From the IMG/VR virus record IMGVR_UViG_3300027808_001450, positions 1 to 25,691 of that record: a stretch of DNA of 25,691 nucleotides; one strand, 5' to 3'. Under the pieces are notes generated by a model, which saw nothing but the letters and a program-made list of their open reading frames with translations, was not told where the DNA came from and did not search any database. This document shows positions 1 through 9,859 of this stretch, in pieces; position 1 is the stretch's first letter; every line of letters starts with the position of its first letter. The DNA comes from a virus (Duplodnaviria; Caudoviricetes). The position numbers and the translations under genes are program-made.

Positions 1-1497
1 ACTTACACATTCAATCAAGCCTATTGGGAAGCATTGAACGGTAATGCCACACGAATGTTAACAATCACAGGCAATGCCCAGTATTTTTCATGTACGGTAA
101 CAGCCAATCAAGACGGTACCTATACTGTTGCTGGTCTTACTGGCAATTCGTTTGAGCCGGGCGACTGGTTTAAGGTTCCAGGCAATGAACTTGGTGGTGC
201 TACACCTGCTAATGATATACAAATCAATATTGCCACTGTGGACGGTGAAGGTGTGATACTGACTACCACTATTACAGGAACAGCAGTTGGTAAACAATGG
301 CAGTTTGGCACAGATGGTACTACAACATTACCACAAGGTGGTACTATTAGTGAAGTGACTGTCACGCCCTTTGTCGGTGGCAATCCTTCAGTTGGTATTT
401 TACTAACACCGTTTGTAAGTGACGAATTTGGTACTCCCAATCCTGACATGGCGGTGAAAATATATCCAACATTCAACGATGACGATCACATACACATTGT
501 GGCGGGCAATCCTACCACAGTTGATCTATTCCTGGGCGATGATGATCAGTATGTCAAGATCGAACAGAACGCGGGCAATATTGTCATTGGTACCAACAAC
601 GATACTCATAACTGGACCTTTGGCACAGATGGCGTATTAACAATTCCAGATGGTGGCATCGTAGGCGGACCCGGCGGTGTTAATGAGATTGACTTGTCAT
701 GGGAGTTGATTCTCACCAGCGGCAAAACAATAAAAATTAATCCTGGTGCCAGTGGAGTTGTTTCCCTTACGTTTTTTGGTTTTAACTCGGATGCATCGGG
801 TGGTGGCATAGGATTACCAGCAGGTAGTTCATTTGATGACCGACTAACCGGGGTTCTCATATCTGGAGCGGGACTGTTAGAGGTTAATCGTTTTTATCCA
901 AAAGTAAGCAACACCTTATATGAAGCCGTGGATGCAGGCGTTACCTATAGATTAATAAATCAGGCCGGCACTTGGAGTCTTGATGTGGTAGGTGCAAACA
1001 ATCCTCAATACACTTCCACCAATCTTATAACGTGGGCCAATGCTGGAGGTGGACTTCCTGCTCCTACTGGCGTAGTAAGTACACGAGCCGCTGATCTCAC
1101 AGTTGGCACGAATACCTGGACATTTGGTGGAGATGGTAATCTAACTGCTCCTGGAAACCTCCAAGTTGATGGCGGCAAAATAATTCTAAACACCGGTGAT
1201 AATGCTTATATTGAATCTGTTGATTATGGAGTCAATACTGCCAACAGCGCAGTAAATATCTTTGGTGGTCCTTACCAAAAAATTAAACTACGAGCTGGCT
1301 TTGGTACTCAAGCGACTTGGACATTTGGCACAGATGGTAGTTTAACATTCCCAGACGCTAGTGTTCAAACTAAAGCCTGGGCAGGTATACCTGGACCATA
1401 CGCAGATGATGCGGCAGCGGCCACGGCTGGTGTAGCAGTGAACTATCCATATCATAAAACTGGCACTGGTGGACAGGTTTTTGTAAGGTTGACATAA
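1..1497 (+). CDS. Tail-fibre-like virion protein, 5'-truncated by the window edge
   Basis: Frame 1 is open from base 1 (TYTFNQAYWEALNG...), so the ORF-track start at 34 is probably not the real start. Gly/Thr-rich, with repeated W(T/Q)FG(T/G)DG-x-LT-x-P motifs (4 clear copies) and a C-terminal YADDAAAATAGVAV...VFVRLT end of the kind seen in phage fibre proteins. Confidence 0.65.
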   Translation, partial: TYTFNQAYWEALNGNATRMLTITGNAQYFSCTVTANQDGTYTVAGLTGNSFEPGDWFKVPGNELGGATPANDIQINIATVDGEGVILTTTITGTAVGKQWQFGTDGTTTLPQGGTISEVTVTPFVGGNPSVGILLTPFVSDEFGTPNPDMAVKIYPTFNDDDHIHIVAGNPTTVDLFLGDDDQYVKIEQNAGNIVIGTNNDTHNWTFGTDGVLTIPDGGIVGGPGGVNEIDLSWELILTSGKTIKINPGASGVVSLTFFGFNSDASGGGIGLPAGSSFDDRLTGVLISGAGLLEVNRFYPKVSNTLYEAVDAGVTYRLINQAGTWSLDVVGANNPQYTSTNLITWANAGGGLPAPTGVVSTRAADLTVGTNTWTFGGDGNLTAPGNLQVDGGKIILNTGDNAYIESVDYGVNTANSAVNIFGGPYQKIKLRAGFGTQATWTFGTDGSLTFPDASVQTKAWAGIPGPYADDAAAATAGVAVNYPYHKTGTGGQVFVRLT

Positions 1498-1502
1498 CAC
1501 AG

Positions 1503-2213
1503 ATGATGACAATAATTTTAGCAACCTTACTAATGACTCACTTGACCATAGTGTCAGTTACCCTGTATCTACATCGTGGTCAAAGTCATAGAGGAGTTGA
1601 GTTTCATCCTGTGCTAAGTCATGCCATGCGAGCCTGGTTATGGATGACCACTGGCATGACTACCAAGCAATGGGTAGCAGTACATCGCAAGCATCATCAG
1701 AACACAGACGTAGAAGGTGACCCGCACAGTCCACACGTATACGGTATTTGGAACTTGGTGTTTGGCGGTGTCAAGTATTACAACCGTGCAGGCAGTGATG
1801 CTGACATGGTAATGAAATACGGCATGGGCACTCCTAAAGACTGGATTGAACGTAAACTTTATACACCCCACCATCGCCTTGGCATTCTTGTAATGTTAGT
1901 CATAGACTTGTTGTTATTTGGGCCATGGGGATTCGTAGTGTGGGGTGTACAAATGTTATGGATTCCCTTCTGGGCGGCGGGCTTTATCAACGGAATGGCA
2001 CACTGGTGGGGATATCGCAATACTGATACCAACGATAAAAGTAAAAATCTAATGCCATGGGGCATATGGATTGGCGGTGAAGAACTACACAACAATCACC
2101 ATGCAGATATAGCAAATCCCAAGTTTAGTCAGAAATGGTGGGAATTTGACGTAGGATGGTTTTATATACGTATATTAAGTATGCTAGGTTTAGCAAAAGT
2201 GCGAACCAGCTAA
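1503..2213 (+). CDS. desA: Membrane-bound fatty acid (delta-9 type) desaturase, auxiliary metabolic gene
   Basis: Three His boxes (HRGQSH, HRKHH, HNNHH), hydrophobic segments, and GEELHNNHH...KFSQKWWEFDVGW. Resembles proteobacterial DesA-type desaturases. Confidence 0.9.
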   Translation: MMTIILATLLMTHLTIVSVTLYLHRGQSHRGVEFHPVLSHAMRAWLWMTTGMTTKQWVAVHRKHHQNTDVEGDPHSPHVYGIWNLVFGGVKYYNRAGSDADMVMKYGMGTPKDWIERKLYTPHHRLGILVMLVIDLLLFGPWGFVVWGVQMLWIPFWAAGFINGMAHWWGYRNTDTNDKSKNLMPWGIWIGGEELHNNHHADIANPKFSQKWWEFDVGWFYIRILSMLGLAKVRTS

Positions 2214-2216
2214 ATA
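2211..2216 (+). promoter_or_regulatory. Late-promoter-like TAAATA (representative copy; others at 3824, 12557, 16092, 22293, 24608, 25200; TAAGTA variants at 18479 and minus-strand 22245-22240)
   Basis: The hexamer recurs about 15-35 nt upstream of structural and lysis gene starts and resembles the T4 gp55 TATAAATA core. Confidence 0.65.
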
Positions 2217-2234
2217 TACTAAAGAGAACGAAAT

Positions 2235-3179
2235 ATGAGTATACTTCAAGTTAATCTAGGGTCTTACGCAAACGACGGTACCGGCGATGACCTACGCACG
2301 GCATTTGAAAAAACCAATGCAAACTTTAACGAGCTAGATCTAACCCGTGTTATAACAGCTGATAACGTAGGATCCGGAGCAGGTAGTACTCCACTTGTTG
2401 ACGTAAGTGCTAGTATTTTTAAAGAAAAAGTTGGTAATAATCTAAAGTTACGTTCCTTAGTAGAAGGGTCAAATATTACATTGACTCAATCGCTGAATGA
2501 AATAACTATTAGCACACCTGATAGTATTAATGCGCTAAGTGAAGATGCTACACCAACGCTGTCTGCAGACCTAAACTTAAATTCATTTGATATAGTTGGA
2601 CTAGGCAATATCTTTATCAGTGGCGATATATCAGCTCAGAGTTTAGAAGGTCCGTTGATAGGCAATGTAACCGGTAACGTAACCGGTAATGTGCTGGGCA
2701 ATGTAACAGGCAACTTGACAGGTAGTGTACTTGGCAACTTAACAGGCAACGTAACTGGTAATGTAACTGGCGACCTAAGTGGCGATGTAACTGGCAACTT
2801 GTACGGTAATGTTGTAGGAAATGTAACGGGCAATGTTGGCGGCAATGTACTTGGTAACTTAACAGGTAACGTATTAGGTAATGTAACAGGTAACTTAGCA
2901 GGCAATGTAACTGGTAATGTAACAGGTGATGTACTTGGTACTGTATACGGATCAGTAGTTGGTACAGTTAGCAGTATTGCAAACCATGGATTAGGCGCTC
3001 TTAACAATGTTGATTTAGTTACTACTGCTCCAACAAACGGTCAAGCATTGGTGTATAACGCAGTTATATCTAAATGGATTCCTAGCAGTGTTGCAAGCGG
3101 CGGCACTCCTAGCAGTGGATTAGATTTTGGATCTTTTGGTGCACCTGCAGGGTTTACACTAGATCTAGGTGTTTTTTAA
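2235..3179 (+). CDS. Fibre/baseplate-attached structural protein with T4 gp9/gp10-like N-terminus and G-N-V-T repeats
   Basis: N-terminal NLGSYANDGTGDDLRTAFEKTNANFNEL resembles the T4 gp10-type DDGTGDxLR motif. It has 26 tetrapeptide repeats and a LNNV...PTNGQALVYN...W fibre motif. Confidence 0.65.
   Translation: MSILQVNLGSYANDGTGDDLRTAFEKTNANFNELDLTRVITADNVGSGAGSTPLVDVSASIFKEKVGNNLKLRSLVEGSNITLTQSLNEITISTPDSINALSEDATPTLSADLNLNSFDIVGLGNIFISGDISAQSLEGPLIGNVTGNVTGNVLGNVTGNLTGSVLGNLTGNVTGNVTGDLSGDVTGNLYGNVVGNVTGNVGGNVLGNLTGNVLGNVTGNLAGNVTGNVTGDVLGTVYGSVVGTVSSIANHGLGALNNVDLVTTAPTNGQALVYNAVISKWIPSSVASGGTPSSGLDFGSFGAPAGFTLDLGVF
2661..2972 (+). repeat. Degenerate 12-nt tandem repeat encoding 26 copies of G-(N/D/S/T)-(V/L)-x
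   Basis: GNVT GNVT GNVL GNVT GNLT GSVL ... GTVS counted directly. Synonymous codon variation shows the repeat is kept at protein level. Confidence 0.9.
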
Positions 3180-3195
3180 GGATTAGGGGAAAATA

Positions 3196-3810
3196 ATGGC
3201 TTTACAAATACGTCGAGGAACGAACGCCCAACGACAGCTAATGTCTGGGATCAATACACCTGCGGCAGGAGAACTGTTGTTCGTAACAGACTGGGCAACA
3301 GCAGGCGTTGGCCCCGTATGGATCGGCGATGGCACAACTGCCGGCGGTATAGAAGTATCTGGAGGTGGTGGAACAACCCCTACTCCAACATACCTACTGT
3401 CAGCACCTAGCTTAACTGTAGACGAAGGTGATGCATTAACTATCACATTAACTACAACTAATGTTACTAACGGCACTACTATTCCGTATACTATTACGGG
3501 TGGTACTGGATTTACAGCAGCAGACATCGGATTGTCTGTGCTAACCGGTAACTTCAACGTAAGTAGCAACACAGCCAGCATTAATCTAAACATAGCCAGC
3601 GACTTCTTAACAGAAGGACCTGAAACATTCACATTAACGTTGAATTCAATAACTCCCGTAGCTGCTATAACAATAACAGTAAACGACACAGTAACTGCCG
3701 TTATTTCGGGCGGTGGGCCAGGCGACACTGTGTTTGATTTTATAGTGGGCGGCGGTGACCCAACAACTACACTATTTGACACGATAATAGACGGTGGTAC
3801 ACCTGCGTAA
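3196..3810 (+). CDS. Short fibre/adhesin-like protein: Mtd-N-like N-terminus plus Calx-beta/Ig-like domain
   Basis: MALQIRRGT...PAAGELLFVTD...IGDG N-terminal motif and a TVDEGD...YTITG...DFLTEGPETFTLTL Calx-beta-like pattern. GGGG upstream of the ATG. Confidence 0.6.
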   Translation: MALQIRRGTNAQRQLMSGINTPAAGELLFVTDWATAGVGPVWIGDGTTAGGIEVSGGGGTTPTPTYLLSAPSLTVDEGDALTITLTTTNVTNGTTIPYTITGGTGFTAADIGLSVLTGNFNVSSNTASINLNIASDFLTEGPETFTLTLNSITPVAAITITVNDTVTAVISGGGPGDTVFDFIVGGGDPTTTLFDTIIDGGTPA

Positions 3811-3851
3811 GCTCAAAATATGCTAAATAACAAAGATAGAGGATTTAAGAC

Positions 3852-6800
3852 ATGCCCCAACAAATTATATTAAGAAAAGGTACCGCAGCAGCTTGGACAG
3901 CAGCTGGGTCTGTTGTTTTAGCACAAGGCGAACCAGGCTTTGAAACCGACACCGGTAAACTGAAAATTGGTAACGGTACACTAGCGTGGACAGCACTTGG
4001 ATACGTTAATCCAACGTTCCCCACTATTCCGTCAAACCTAGCTGATCTACTTGACGTTGCTGAAACTGCGCCGTCGTTAAATCAAGTCCTAAAATGGAAC
4101 GGCACCGCTTGGGCTCCGGCAGCTGATGCCACCGGTGGCGGCGGTACAGGTGCAACAACACTTGATGAGCTAACTGATGTGGCAATCACCGGTACACCTT
4201 CAATAGGACAAGTGTTATCATATGACGGTGCAACTTGGACTAACAGTATTGTACCAACTGAATCATTGGATCTTACAGATCTTAGAGACGTAAATATTAA
4301 TTCGGGAACGCTGGCCAGTGGCCAAGTGCTGAAGTACAACGGCAGCAGCTGGTCAGCTGCTGCTGACAACAACACGACTCAAACATTAACAGGCAGTGCT
4401 CTTCCAGGCAATGGCGCTAATGTGGCATTGAGCGGCGGTGGCGGCAGCTTTAAACTAGTGCCGGGAACTGCTAACATTTCTTTTGCAGTCACTGGTAATG
4501 ATATTACTGTTTCTACAACTGATCGCGACACAACTTATGCTTTTAGTTCATATGCTGAAAGTGGCGTAACAGGATTGCGATTAAGAAATACAGTAGCTTT
4601 GACCAACGTAGATATACCGTTTCCTGATACTGCAACTTCTGTTGTTACTAGAGGTGCCGGCGGCGCATTGAATATCAATGCTAGAAATACTCGTTACACG
4701 CAAACTCTTACTGCAACTGCTAGTGGAGTTGACTTTATAACAGAAGGCAACACTGAAGCGTTTGGTCTAGGGGCCACGTTGGCACTTGGTACTAATATTG
4801 TAACATTGACCACTGGAACAACTCTAGGATTGTATCCTGGACTATTATGCAGTGTTACTGCCGGTACCGGTGCGTTTGGTACTAACGCTCTTATTGTCTC
4901 TGTTGATTCTGATACACAACTTACAATGAGTGTTAATCACGCTACCGCTGGCTCGGTAACATTTAGCTCTCGTTACAGAAAGAATATTGCATTTGCAGGT
5001 ACTCCAGATTTAAGCATTACCAATCCAAGCGGCAATACTATTACTTTTGACACATTGAGTAAAGTTAATACAGGTGTTGTAGGCAGGATTGCTACATATA
5101 CCGACAGTGGCGACTTACGATCAGTACAATCATCCAACGATGGACTTACTTGGGATCAAGCAACACGTTACCTAATAGTAACTAGCGGACGTTTAGCACT
5201 ACGTCAAACAGATCTACAGATGTTGCACAACAGCTACGGTACTGGTTTAAGAAGTGACGGATTGCAGTATGCACAATACTTTGCTGGTGCAGACAGTAGA
5301 GCATGGAATATTATTCGTAGTAGGGGTACTTCAACTGTACCTGCTTCGATAAATTCAGGTGACGAGCTATTTGAGTTAAGAGCATATGGACAGTATGGCA
5401 CAGCATTAGCAGACTTAACCATTGCTGCTAACATGCGATTTATTGCAAGAACTATTACTCCAGGTTTCGTTGGTGCAGATATTGTATTTGCTAACGGTAA
5501 CGGTTCTGCAACAGCTAGTCCAAGTCTTATCATTCGTGAAACTGGCGATGTGGAAATTAACAGCATCAGTGCTATTGGCGTAGGCGGTAATGGTGATTTA
5601 GTATTAGCTGGTATTGGGACTGGTACAGTTCGATTACCAGCAGGCGCCACAGTGGGTGGTGTACCGATAGGTTCTGTTGTATTAAAAGGCACGTTGACTG
5701 GTGCAGCACTGACTGCATTAACTGGTATGGTTACTGGCGATGCTTACGTATGTTCGTCAACTAGCGGTATATTTGTTGCACAACATATTCATTTGTATAG
5801 TGGCTCTGCATGGAACGACCTAGGCTCATTCCAGGGTCCCGCTGGTACTAATGGCGCCGCAGGTACTAATGGTACTTCTGCTACTATTGCAGTAGGTACA
5901 GTGACCACTGGAGCTGCTGGTTCAAGTGCAACAGTAACCAATGCCGGTACTTCATTAGCTGCTACATTTAACTTTGGTATTCCACGCGGTGATACAGGTG
6001 CAACAGGCGCAGCCGCTACTATTGCAGTAGGTACCGTAACAACAGGCGCTGCCGGCAGCTCTGCTATAGTTACCAATACTGGAACAAGTGGCGCGGCGGT
6101 ATTTGCCTTTACTATTCCAGCAGGTGCCGATGGTGCCGATGGTGCCGATGGCGTTGACGGACAAACAGTTCTTAACGGTGCAGTTGATCCAACAACAGAA
6201 GGCGTTAACGGTGACTTCTACATCAATACAGTAAGTGATCAAATCTTTGGACCAAAAGCAGCAGGTGCATGGGGTACAGGTACTTCATTAGTAGGACCAG
6301 CTGGTGCAGATGGTACAGACGGAGCTGACGGCCAAGGAGTTCCAACAGGCGGAACAACTGGACAGATCCTTTCTAAGATCGACGGCACTAACTACAACAC
6401 ACAATGGATTGCTGCACCAACTGCCAGCAACAGTTTTGAAACTATTGCAATCGCTGGACAAAGCAGCGTAGTTGCTGACAGTGCAACTGATACACTAACA
6501 TTGGCAGCAGGCACTGGTATTGCTATTACTACTAATGCAGGCACAGACACTATTACTATTGCTAGTACAGTAACTAATACAGATACAACATATGGCATTA
6601 GTGCAGAAACTGCAACAGGCGGAGTAAACCTACGCTTAACAGGCAGTGATGCAGCTACAGACAATGTTAAACTAACTGCTGGTACAAACATTACCTTGAC
6701 AAGAACTAGTGCTGATGAAATCACTATTGATGCCGCAGGCGGTGGTGGTACTGCTAGTAACAGCTTTGCAACTATTGCAGTAGCTGGACAAACTAGTGTG

Positions 6801-7298
6801 GCTGCAGACAATGCTACTGATACATTAACACTGGTTGCTGGTACTAATATTACTATTACTACTGATGCAACTACAGATGCTATTACTATTAACTCCACTG
6901 CTAGCGGTGGTGGTGCAATGGCAACCAGAGCTGCACTAAATGGCACATCTGGTTCATTAGCAGCAGACGGCGTTGGTACTATTAACATTACTGGCTACAA
7001 GTCTTACATGTTGATGAAAGTGGCAACTTCAGCCGCTGCTTGGGTAAGAATCTACACTAGTGAAGCAGCAAGAACTGCTGATGCATCTAGAACAGAAGGA
7101 ACTGATCCTGCTCCAGGTGCTGGTGTTATTGCTGAAGTTATTACTACAGGTGCTCAGACTGTATTCATCAGTCCGGGCGCACTAGGATGGAATGACGAAA
7201 CAGTTGTTACAACTAATATTCCAGTAAGAGTAACAAACAAAAGCGGGGCAACAGCAGCAATCACGGTTACACTAACTGCATTACAACTAGAAGCTTAA
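3852..7298 (+). CDS. Long tail-fibre-like protein (Mtd-N-like N-terminus, internal repeats, short collagen-like segments)
   Basis: LRKGTAAAW...LAQGEPGFETDTGKLKIGNG...W N-terminus, three LxxLxDV...QVLxxxGxxW repeats, G-x-y triplets (GPAGTNGAAGTNG, GADGADGADGVDG) and duplicated modules. SD GAGGA upstream. Confidence 0.8.
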   Translation: MPQQIILRKGTAAAWTAAGSVVLAQGEPGFETDTGKLKIGNGTLAWTALGYVNPTFPTIPSNLADLLDVAETAPSLNQVLKWNGTAWAPAADATGGGGTGATTLDELTDVAITGTPSIGQVLSYDGATWTNSIVPTESLDLTDLRDVNINSGTLASGQVLKYNGSSWSAAADNNTTQTLTGSALPGNGANVALSGGGGSFKLVPGTANISFAVTGNDITVSTTDRDTTYAFSSYAESGVTGLRLRNTVALTNVDIPFPDTATSVVTRGAGGALNINARNTRYTQTLTATASGVDFITEGNTEAFGLGATLALGTNIVTLTTGTTLGLYPGLLCSVTAGTGAFGTNALIVSVDSDTQLTMSVNHATAGSVTFSSRYRKNIAFAGTPDLSITNPSGNTITFDTLSKVNTGVVGRIATYTDSGDLRSVQSSNDGLTWDQATRYLIVTSGRLALRQTDLQMLHNSYGTGLRSDGLQYAQYFAGADSRAWNIIRSRGTSTVPASINSGDELFELRAYGQYGTALADLTIAANMRFIARTITPGFVGADIVFANGNGSATASPSLIIRETGDVEINSISAIGVGGNGDLVLAGIGTGTVRLPAGATVGGVPIGSVVLKGTLTGAALTALTGMVTGDAYVCSSTSGIFVAQHIHLYSGSAWNDLGSFQGPAGTNGAAGTNGTSATIAVGTVTTGAAGSSATVTNAGTSLAATFNFGIPRGDTGATGAAATIAVGTVTTGAAGSSAIVTNTGTSGAAVFAFTIPAGADGADGADGVDGQTVLNGAVDPTTEGVNGDFYINTVSDQIFGPKAAGAWGTGTSLVGPAGADGTDGADGQGVPTGGTTGQILSKIDGTNYNTQWIAAPTASNSFETIAIAGQSSVVADSATDTLTLAAGTGIAITTNAGTDTITIASTVTNTDTTYGISAETATGGVNLRLTGSDAATDNVKLTAGTNITLTRTSADEITIDAAGGGGTASNSFATIAVAGQTSVAADNATDTLTLVAGTNITITTDATTDAITINSTASGGGAMATRAALNGTSGSLAADGVGTINITGYKSYMLMKVATSAAAWVRIYTSEAARTADASRTEGTDPAPGAGVIAEVITTGAQTVFISPGALGWNDETVVTTNIPVRVTNKSGATAAITVTLTALQLEA
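5880..6125 (+). repeat. Two tandem 45-aa modules (ATIAVGTVTTGAAGSSA...FxIPxG) in the fibre gene
   Basis: Copies start at 5880 and 6015 (135-nt period). Confidence 0.85.
6423..6900 (+). repeat. Duplicated about 50-aa module (ASNSFxTIAxAGQxSVxADxATDTLTLxAGT) in the fibre gene
   Basis: Copies start at 6423 and 6753, separated by a different spacer module. Confidence 0.85.
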
Positions 7299-7299
7299 T

Positions 7300-9810
7300 A
7301 TGACACAACTCAATAGAGAATACGTTGTCACACTCAAAAATAAAGATGAGTTAGGCAAGTTCTATGAAGACATGGAGACTGAGGGCACATTTGATTATGT
7401 ACCCAGTCGAGCTGTTGAATGTGCTAACAAAAGAGAAATCAGTAGAAATACACACTACTTGATCAGCAATGAAGAAGCAGCCGTATTACAAAATGATCCA
7501 AGAGTTGAAGCAGTTACATTAGTTGCAAAGTTACAAGGTGTTAAATCAATACTCCATGCAGATCAAACTGCCACATGGAGCAAAGCAGGTTCTATTGCAG
7601 TTGATCAAAAAAACTGGGGTCTTTACAGAACTGGTTTAGAAAGCAACATTGAAGGATGGGGCAGCGAAACTGGTACAGGTAATCAATCAGCAACTGTTAA
7701 GTTTACAGCCACTGGCGCAAATGTAGATGTTGTAGTGCTTGATGAAATCGCCTATGCAGATCATTTAGAGTTTTCAGGTAGAATGCAAGAATACGATTGG
7801 TTTGCCAATCACAACTTAACGGCATGGCCTTTAAACCCAAATGCCAACTACGTATACAACAGTTACTCGGGTGATAACAACCACGCTACTCATGTAGCTG
7901 GCATCATCGGCGGCGATACACAAGGATGGGCACGTGGTGCAACTTTGTTCAATCTAAGACATGACAGTTCAGGTGTTAACGGAGATGCCGGAGTTTACAC
8001 TCCTAGCGATCGCATTATTGATTACATTAGAGCATTCCATGCTAGTAAAAGTGTTAACCCCGCAACTGGTTACGTTAATCCTACACTGGTTAACTGTAGT
8101 TGGGGTCTTGGTATTGATTGTGATTTATTAAATCCGATGATTGATCCCGATCGTTATCCTAGCGGCAGAGGTCCTAGGATTAGCAAGATTGGCTATCGCG
8201 GTGACGTCATTACCGCTGCTACGTTAGGTAACACAGTAGTAGACACTGGCTATAGTGGCATTTGCAACTCAGGTACTAGACTTGCTCAACTCAGCAGCTA
8301 CGCCAACGGTGGTACTAGAATAGAAACCACAAGCAATACTGCTGTAACTGTAGCTAGTCAAACGATTGCTATGTTAGGGCGTGCCAGCTTAACTGATGCA
8401 GGTGTACCTACAAACTCAGATGCAAACGGAGTTGACTTATACGACGATGCTGTTTGGAGAATAAATCCCCCGTGGAATATTTCGTATTGCGGTGCAACTT
8501 GCGGACCTACAGGTGATTTTGCCTACATCCAAGTAAGTACCAACAGCTATGTTACATTTGGCGGCGGCCTAACTGAGGCAAGAGCATATTTTGTTGGAGC
8601 CACTGCTCCTGCTGCTAGAAAGATACTGATATCAGCAGGCGACAGAAGTTGTCAAAAAATGCTGTATGGTATTGAAGGCACTGCACCTAATAGGACATGG
8701 CGAGTTCGTTGGGAAGGACACGAAAGCCCAAACAACGGCGTACCAGGCAGTCCTACACTATTATGGGAAATGACTTTTTACGAAGCAACTCCCAACAGAA
8801 TAGACTTACGCATTGCTGATAACGAATGTTATAGAGCAGAGTTTACTATACCGCAGTTGGAATCATACGGTATATTACAAAATGGTGCGCTAGCTCCCTA
8901 TCGTGATCCTGCATTAGATGCAGACGTAGTGGATGCTATTAGCGAAGGCATTATATTTGTAGGCAGTGCTGGTAACGGTGGATTTAAAGTTAACAGAACA
9001 TCAGATGTTGACTACAACAACTATTTTGTAGACAACGGAGAAGATTTTTATTATCACAGAGGCGCAAGTCCCGCTACTAGTCATCCAGACATTATCTGTG
9101 TCGGTGCATACAATAGTTTTGCCACAGAGGGCAAGTTGAATATCAGCAACACAGGTCCTAGGGTTGACATCTATGCTCCGGGTAGCAATATTGCATCAGC
9201 TGTGTACAACGCTACTGGCTCTACTAATGGTAACACAGGCGGAGTTGTAAATACTGGAGAAGCTGCTCTTACTATTACTAATATAGTTAGAGCTAGCAAC
9301 CTTGCCACTATAACAACCAGTGGCGCACATGATTTGATTACCGGTGATGTAGTAACCATTGCATGTAGCGACAGTTCGTTTAATGCTAGCATGGCTACCA
9401 TTACATCGTTATCATACAATACATTTAGATATAGTAATGCAGGTGGTGACGTTAGTTCAACCGCAGCCAGTGGCACAGCAACTCCGGGATATTATTATCA
9501 AAAGTACAACGGATCTAGTATGGCAGCAGCACAGGTAACTGGACTGTTAGCACTGGCATTACAAACGTATCCTAACTTAACACAATCAGAAGCAAAAGCA
9601 TACATTACAACTAAAGGTGCAAAACTCAGCAAGTTACAAGTTACCACTGGTGGTTACACTGATACTGCTTCGCTTCAAGGTGGAACTAACAGAGTAGCAT
9701 TCTATTATAAAGAACGTAAGAGCGAAGGTTCTATATTGCCAAAGTTTGATTACAAACTTCGTCCTGCTTCGGGCAGTGTATATCCAAGACCAAAAATTAA
9801 GAGAGGTTGA
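7300..9810 (+). CDS. Subtilisin-family (S8) serine protease A, probably virion-associated
   Basis: Catalytic motifs VDVVVLD, HATHVAG, GSAGNG, VDIYAPG and NGSSMAAAQVTG. N-terminal EYVVTL segment resembles a propeptide. No signal peptide. Starts 1 nt after the fibre stop codon. Confidence 0.9.
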   Translation: MTQLNREYVVTLKNKDELGKFYEDMETEGTFDYVPSRAVECANKREISRNTHYLISNEEAAVLQNDPRVEAVTLVAKLQGVKSILHADQTATWSKAGSIAVDQKNWGLYRTGLESNIEGWGSETGTGNQSATVKFTATGANVDVVVLDEIAYADHLEFSGRMQEYDWFANHNLTAWPLNPNANYVYNSYSGDNNHATHVAGIIGGDTQGWARGATLFNLRHDSSGVNGDAGVYTPSDRIIDYIRAFHASKSVNPATGYVNPTLVNCSWGLGIDCDLLNPMIDPDRYPSGRGPRISKIGYRGDVITAATLGNTVVDTGYSGICNSGTRLAQLSSYANGGTRIETTSNTAVTVASQTIAMLGRASLTDAGVPTNSDANGVDLYDDAVWRINPPWNISYCGATCGPTGDFAYIQVSTNSYVTFGGGLTEARAYFVGATAPAARKILISAGDRSCQKMLYGIEGTAPNRTWRVRWEGHESPNNGVPGSPTLLWEMTFYEATPNRIDLRIADNECYRAEFTIPQLESYGILQNGALAPYRDPALDADVVDAISEGIIFVGSAGNGGFKVNRTSDVDYNNYFVDNGEDFYYHRGASPATSHPDIICVGAYNSFATEGKLNISNTGPRVDIYAPGSNIASAVYNATGSTNGNTGGVVNTGEAALTITNIVRASNLATITTSGAHDLITGDVVTIACSDSSFNASMATITSLSYNTFRYSNAGGDVSSTAASGTATPGYYYQKYNGSSMAAAQVTGLLALALQTYPNLTQSEAKAYITTKGAKLSKLQVTTGGYTDTASLQGGTNRVAFYYKERKSEGSILPKFDYKLRPASGSVYPRPKIKRG

Positions 9811-9829
9811 TCTAGTATGTTAGATCAAC
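9806..9829 (+). other. Hairpin spanning the stop codon of protease A
   Basis: GTTGATCTA-gtatgt-TAGATCAAC, a perfect 9-bp stem with no real U-tract. Confidence 0.5.
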
Positions 9830-9859
9830 AACTTTGCGTTAGATTATAAGGAAACTTCT

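Noticed and set aside
2661-2972. CRISPR-like or non-coding repeat array
   Set aside because: The 12-nt units are in frame, vary at synonymous positions and have no spacers.
3196-7298. Diversity-generating retroelement suggested by Mtd-N-like N-termini
   Set aside because: No reverse transcriptase, no near-identical template/variable repeat pair differing at adenines, and no C-type lectin-like C-terminus were seen in the window.
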